Source: Naegleria gruberi (taxonomy: Eukaryota). From it: a DNA stretch of 64,000 nt. This document shows positions 59,087 to 64,000 of this stretch, one piece after another. The translations under genes and the position numbers were made by a program. The stretch is taken from NCBI GenBank assembly GCA_000004985.1, contig GG738857.1; one strand, written 5' to 3'. The notes under the pieces are model-generated. The model was not told the DNA's origin. It worked only from the letters and a program-made list of their open reading frames with translations, and ran no database searches. Positions within the stretch are counted from its first letter, which is position 1; each line of letters starts with the position of its first letter.

Positions 59087-62086
59087 ATGTCATCCAAAAC
59101 GAACCCCATTACTAGGCATATGCCATCATTATTAGCACACTATTTATTGTTATTATTCTTCTTTATTTTAACACTTTCGAATAGTTTAGTCTTGGGCGAA
59201 AGTTATAATGTTTATTCTTGGGGATTAAATATGGATGGTCAGACCGGAATGGACCTTCCAACAACACCCGGAAGCTTTGCAACTCCAACTTTAAATCAAC
59301 ACGTTTCTTCCTTGCTAGCGAATCCAAATTCTCTATACGAAAGTGTTTACAACATTGCGACGAAACCTTCAGACATTACAATCTCGTTAAAAACCATCAT
59401 TCCAGGATATAAATACAATCTCTATTGGTTCACATTCACGAATACCACCTCATCCGAAACTACTGACCAATTATTTTCATGTGGAGATAATACAGACTAT
59501 TGTTCTGGACTAAAGTCTCCCAAGTTTACAACAGAATTACAAGTAGTTTATGAATATTCAGCAACTTCTAATAACAGATATTTGGATGGATCACTTTCTG
59601 GTAAGAAACTTGAAAGTGTTGATTGTATGGTTTCGTGTATTGCTTGTACGAAAGATGGTTTAGTCTTTGTTAGAGCTAGTTCACAAAAATGGGCATGGTA
59701 TGCAGTTACTATTGATTCTGGATTGGTAGATGCCCAAGGAATCACAGTTTCGAATAAGTGCAAAAAGGTTTCGGTTGGTGGAACTTCCACCTCTGCTACC
59801 TATTTTGTAATGACAGATTCTGGACATTTATTCTCATGGGGAGAGTTTAACAGTGCAATGAGAGGATATGATGATGCAGAATATTCAGGAACTGCTCCTC
59901 ATTTAATTTCTACTGTTTTTGGAGCTTTCGAATTTGCAGTTCTTAAGGATTATGATATTCCAGTAAATGATGGGTTGGGAGTTTTGGGATATTTGAACGA
60001 TACTGGATTATACTTGATTGGAAAAAATACGTATGGCCTCTTTGGAATTACAGTCGATGATTTGTTTTATTTAACTCCTTATTTGGCAATTGATAGTCAA
60101 GTTATTGGTTCCAAATTGAAAAAGATTGTTTTTGGTTATGCCAACGCTTTGGTTTTGGCAGAATCTGGAAAGGTTTATGCATTTGGAGGAAATGATTATG
60201 GTCAAGTCAATCCAAGTGGTTACGGCCCTTATCAGGAAAGTGTAGCTGAAATTAGTTCAGTTTCTGGATCTGTTGATTGTTTCTGCTCTGCTCATGCATG
60301 TGGTTGTAGGCAAACAGGTGGAAGTTTCAAAACTTGGGGATCTGATAAGGAGAGAGGATGGACAGGAGCTGCTTTGTTCGATTACATTAACTTTCCCGAG
60401 TCAAGCTCAACATTTTCCTTATTAACTAGGGGAGGATTTGCCATTTCGAATACAAATAAGCTCTATGCATGGGGTGATAATACGAATGGATACATGTGCT
60501 TGGGAGAAAAGTCAATTCAGATGACACCTAAATTACTTTTCAGCGCAAATTATCAATTGAAACAATTGGTGAGTGGAGAGGCCTGTTCTTATTCTCTCGG
60601 TGAGAGTGGAGGAGTTTCCATTGTAAACATGTGGGGAAATTGCACGAATGGATTGGGATTTGGAATTGCACCAAGTGGAGGATACTTGTTCCATAATTTA
60701 ACAACTTTGGATAATAGTTTGCATTTACAAGGGTTGAAATATTCTCAATTGAGTATGTACAACCTGCATGCTGGTTTCCTATCGAGCTCTACACAACAGA
60801 AACCTTACATGATTGGTTATGGTGATAGTATGAGATTGGGAACTACTAATTTGAATGATTTGGATGTGTTAACAAGTGTTGACACTACTGTTTTGGTAAA
60901 TGAGGATATTGTTCAAGTTTCTGCTGGTTATGATCATACTGTCTATCTTACAAGAGGTGGTTACTTGATGGGTTCAGGTGACAATTCAAAAAGACAATTG
61001 GATCCTTTGGATGTATCTTATTCTGAATTGTTGAACATTAGTACAACAGTAATTCAGGAAGCAGGAGAACGAATTGTTAAGGTAGTTGCAGGAAAACAGA
61101 CAACATTTGTCCTGACAGATGCTGGTCATATTTGGGGAAAGGGATCAAATGAACAACAACAAATAAGCAAAAATGGTCCTTCTCCAATTACTGAATTTCA
61201 ACAACTTGATCCAACAACTAAAAATTTTACCAAATTGGCTGTAGGAACCTATCCAATCGCGTGTGAAGCTGGCGGGTTTGCATACAGATTCTCTGGGGAC
61301 AATAAGGGTCCATGGCAATATTTCTATACCTATATGGAGTCTTGCTCTGATGTGTTTGCCAAAGATGACATTTATTACTTTATCACAAATGTTGGAAAGG
61401 TTTATGCAATTGGATCAAATTATTATAATCAAATCTCTACTGTCTATGGATTGGATGAAGTTACCCTTACTGCAAATATGATCTTCTCACCTGTAAAACT
61501 TGGTGGAATGCCTCGAATGATTGCTGTTGGAAATGGTTTCACAAGCATTGGTGTTGAAGTTCCTTCATATACTTGTAATGGAAAGAATTTCTCAGATCCA
61601 ACTGTGTGTAACGGAAAAGGTTATTGCATTTCCCAAAATCAGTGCCAATGTGAAAACTCCTATTGGACTGGATCTGATTGCAGCACTCCAGTTTGTATTC
61701 CTGTGGAAGGAGGAGCAATTTGTAGTGGAAGAGGAGTGTGTATTGCACCAGATACCTGCAAATGCAATAGTGGATATTTTGGATCCAGATGTGAAACATA
61801 TTATTGTTTTGGAATATTGCCAGATCCTTATGGAATGGCAACTACTAAACCTTGTAACAATAGAGGAAGTTGTAAAGGACCAGATACATGTGAATGTACC
61901 AGCAGTGAATATTATGGAGATGAGTGCCAATTTAAGAGGTGTTTCAGTGGAAATGGTGCATTCTTAAAGAGGAATTCATTAGCAGATCGCTTGTGTAATA
62001 AGATTAATTCACAAATATTGAATATTACCTATCCTATTCCCACTGGTGATATGTCTGGTACTCCTAATATTCCGAATAGAGGGTAA
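59087..62086 (+). CDS. secreted RCC1-like beta-propeller + tenascin-type EGF-repeat protein, 999 aa
   Basis: Signal peptide 'LLAHYLLLLFFFILTLSNSLVLG'. At least 8 RCC1-type blades: 'YSWGLNMDGQTG', 'FSWGEFNSAMRG', 'YAFGGNDYGQVN', 'YAWGDNTNGYMC', 'YAIGSNYYNQIS' and others. C-terminal EGF units 'CNGKGYCISQNQCQCENSYWTGSDC' and 'CSGRGVCIAPDTCKCNSGYFGSRCE', of the same module type as in the NHL receptor kinase. Confidence 0.75.
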   Translation: MSSKTNPITRHMPSLLAHYLLLLFFFILTLSNSLVLGESYNVYSWGLNMDGQTGMDLPTTPGSFATPTLNQHVSSLLANPNSLYESVYNIATKPSDITISLKTIIPGYKYNLYWFTFTNTTSSETTDQLFSCGDNTDYCSGLKSPKFTTELQVVYEYSATSNNRYLDGSLSGKKLESVDCMVSCIACTKDGLVFVRASSQKWAWYAVTIDSGLVDAQGITVSNKCKKVSVGGTSTSATYFVMTDSGHLFSWGEFNSAMRGYDDAEYSGTAPHLISTVFGAFEFAVLKDYDIPVNDGLGVLGYLNDTGLYLIGKNTYGLFGITVDDLFYLTPYLAIDSQVIGSKLKKIVFGYANALVLAESGKVYAFGGNDYGQVNPSGYGPYQESVAEISSVSGSVDCFCSAHACGCRQTGGSFKTWGSDKERGWTGAALFDYINFPESSSTFSLLTRGGFAISNTNKLYAWGDNTNGYMCLGEKSIQMTPKLLFSANYQLKQLVSGEACSYSLGESGGVSIVNMWGNCTNGLGFGIAPSGGYLFHNLTTLDNSLHLQGLKYSQLSMYNLHAGFLSSSTQQKPYMIGYGDSMRLGTTNLNDLDVLTSVDTTVLVNEDIVQVSAGYDHTVYLTRGGYLMGSGDNSKRQLDPLDVSYSELLNISTTVIQEAGERIVKVVAGKQTTFVLTDAGHIWGKGSNEQQQISKNGPSPITEFQQLDPTTKNFTKLAVGTYPIACEAGGFAYRFSGDNKGPWQYFYTYMESCSDVFAKDDIYYFITNVGKVYAIGSNYYNQISTVYGLDEVTLTANMIFSPVKLGGMPRMIAVGNGFTSIGVEVPSYTCNGKNFSDPTVCNGKGYCISQNQCQCENSYWTGSDCSTPVCIPVEGGAICSGRGVCIAPDTCKCNSGYFGSRCETYYCFGILPDPYGMATTKPCNNRGSCKGPDTCECTSSEYYGDECQFKRCFSGNGAFLKRNSLADRLCNKINSQILNITYPIPTGDMSGTPNIPNRG

Positions 62087-62154
62087 AGTTTTATTTAAAT
62101 GTGTCCAATAAATATTTAAAATAAACTCTATCTTCCAATAAAGTAATAATAAAT

Positions 62155-63153
62155 TTACAATTTAGAATTATTCTTATAAGCAGAATAAATTCTTTGAGTG
62201 GCAACAAATTCACCTCCCTTTTCTAATTTGATTGGTGTTTGAATTTGACCAACTTCAACACAGACAAACTTTTCATAATCCTCTGGTTTCATATCAGCCA
62301 TCTTTTTACACTTTTCTTGCCACAAATTCCACACCACTACATTTTGAGCAGTATTAGCTTGTTGATCAATGTGAATTTCTCTTGTAGTGTGTGAATCACC
62401 TGATTCATCAACAATAACACTACGAATATCATCCAACATGTCCAAATAAACTCTATCAACTTCTTCGGAAATGACAATAGGTTCTGATGGTGCAATAATA
62501 GTTGCTGACTTGTTGATCTTATCTACATATTGTACATGATGGTGATTATTGTGAACACCATCAATATGAGCCTTTCTAATATCTCCAATTCTGAAATAAT
62601 TGTGGAATGCAAAAGTGAAGGAACTAATAACATCCCAATTAGTTGATTGTCCATTAGTTGCATCCACAACCTTCAATGACATATCCAAATGATTATCAGT
62701 CAATGAAACAATTAAGAAAACATCCAATCCATCATAATCAGCCATCATTTTAGCAATATCCTTGTTTTGTCCTCTATAAGCTCCACTCTTGATCATTTTG
62801 AGTGTTCCTACACTTTCCAATGATCCAATCTTTTGATCAACAACTTCCCACAAGACATTTCTAGCAAATCCATGACTCATCGAGAGAGGTCCTTTATCAG
62901 AAAATTGTGGGAAACAAATAGGAACACCTCCTCTGATGGCTTTATCAGTAGCAAAGATTGCCTTCTCACTGACAAATATCACTTCATCATTTAAAGCTTC
63001 GGAAGAATTTGGTGATGTACAACGATAGCTTGTAAGATGAGCACCATGCAAATGAACATCACATTGGCTTTTACCATTTGGACTGGTAATTCGCAACATT
63101 TTCCATTCGGAATTGAAAGGACTGGCAAGAGTTTCAACCTTTGAAGAGGACAT
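62155..63153 (-). CDS. glucose-6-phosphate 1-epimerase (aldose-1-epimerase superfamily, YMR099C-like)
   Basis: 332 aa, ATG start. Family-typical blocks are present: 'HLHGAHLTSY', 'VIFVSEKAIF', 'KAIRGGVPICFPQF', 'HGFARNVLWEV', plus a C-terminal 'VVVWNLW' segment. Confidence 0.85.
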   Translation of the reverse strand: MSSSKVETLASPFNSEWKMLRITSPNGKSQCDVHLHGAHLTSYRCTSPNSSEALNDEVIFVSEKAIFATDKAIRGGVPICFPQFSDKGPLSMSHGFARNVLWEVVDQKIGSLESVGTLKMIKSGAYRGQNKDIAKMMADYDGLDVFLIVSLTDNHLDMSLKVVDATNGQSTNWDVISSFTFAFHNYFRIGDIRKAHIDGVHNNHHHVQYVDKINKSATIIAPSEPIVISEEVDRVYLDMLDDIRSVIVDESGDSHTTREIHIDQQANTAQNVVVWNLWQEKCKKMADMKPEDYEKFVCVEVGQIQTPIKLEKGGEFVATQRIYSAYKNNSKL

Positions 63154-63858
63154 GTTGAAGATGATGAGAGTTGTTGTGTTGATTATTTTTTTTAAATAAA
63201 CATTAAATGATGAAAATTGATATTAATAAACAATTTCCTGATATGTGATTTAAGGAGGAGAATAAGAGGTGTTAATAAGCGCAGAATAATCCTTTCTATG
63301 TGGATGGAATAATAATAATATTAAATATAAAATTCAAGCAATAATAAATATTAATTTGTAGATGGAAGAAATATTACAATCAAGATCTGAAAGTAAATTG
63401 TTGTAATATTAGAAATTCCAAAACAATACCACATCATTCTTGTTTCATTCCTTTCCAATAAATCACTCCACGCTATGAGTCCGCCTCGATAAATCTCACT
63501 CCTACTTTTACCAATTTCCTTCGCAACAGGTCAAACTCCTCCATTCTACTCCTTCTTCATATGAAGAAGTGCAACAACATAAGAAGCTTCATAGGCAACC
63601 TTATTCTCTCAATAGCACACAAAAAAGATACAAAAGAGAGCACTCTCAATACAAAGTAAAATCCAATTTTCTCTTCTTCTTCTCTTACTCAAAAGGAATG
63701 AAGTGAAATTGTATGCAATTGTTCATCACCATGTATTGGAAGTTGTGTATTGTTTATCATAATACACTCTTTAAATCAAGAAACCAACAACTGTCACTGA
63801 AATAGTGTTATTTTAGCTAAACTTGTCAAGCAAAATTTCAAGTATCATTAAAAAAAAA

Positions 63859-64000
63859 TGATGGTCAATCATGAATTGACAGATGAAGATCCACCCACTC
63901 TACTCACAACACCACTCAAAAAACCGACACATTCACTTGAACAACAACAACAAGATGAATTGTTGATAATCAATACATCTTCTTCTTCTTCTAATCGCAA
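63859..64000 (+). CDS. possible start of a further gene, running off the window end
   Basis: ATG at 63859, 'MMVNHELTDEDPPTLLTTPLKKPTHSLEQQQQDELLIINTSSSSSNR..'. Open to the window edge. Too short to assess. Confidence 0.2.

Overview
The window is AT-rich (roughly one-third GC) eukaryotic nuclear DNA from a draft assembly. It contains four N-gaps (17199..17248, 36690..37298, 48849..48898 and a single N at 31867). About 30 protein-coding genes lie on both strands and are densely packed. Introns are spliceosomal and short. I could place about ten by eye, at 45–57 nt or 220–235 nt, with GTAAGT, GTATGT or GTAGGT donors and YAG acceptors. There is one nuclear tRNA-Lys(CUU). The provided ORF track evidently accepts TTG and GTG as starts, so several listed Met positions are not real ATGs. 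All splice coordinates were derived by hand and may be a few nt off.

Gene content is signalling-heavy:
- a receptor-like Ser/Thr kinase with an NHL beta-propeller, tenascin-type EGF repeats and a TM segment;
- an NDR/LATS-family kinase;
- a DUF4116-like-repeat kinase, with a second paralogue truncated at the window start;
- an ankyrin–BTB protein;
- an F-box protein;
- two cytochrome P450 loci, one of which is a truncated fragment;
- a TARBP1/Trm3-type SpoU tRNA methyltransferase;
- a Myb-repeat protein, a JmjC-like protein and a TLC-domain membrane protein;
- a 2H-phosphoesterase-like protein and a glucose-6-phosphate 1-epimerase;
- a secreted RCC1-like/EGF protein.

The most unusual feature is a single 1184-aa ORF that fuses a complete cellular RNA-dependent RNA polymerase domain (DLDGD catalytic motif) to a C-terminal protein-kinase domain. 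An F-box gene and a small barstar-like ORF follow it. I could not find mobile elements or CRISPR arrays. Repeats are promoter-proximal tandem arrays carrying CCAAT and TATAAAT motifs, and one KpnI-palindromic minisatellite. Lineage cannot be fixed from sequence alone. The AT richness, short introns, N-rich low-complexity proteins and kinase/BTB/P450 expansion would fit an early-diverging fungus such as a Glomeromycotina-like genome, or an amoebozoan.
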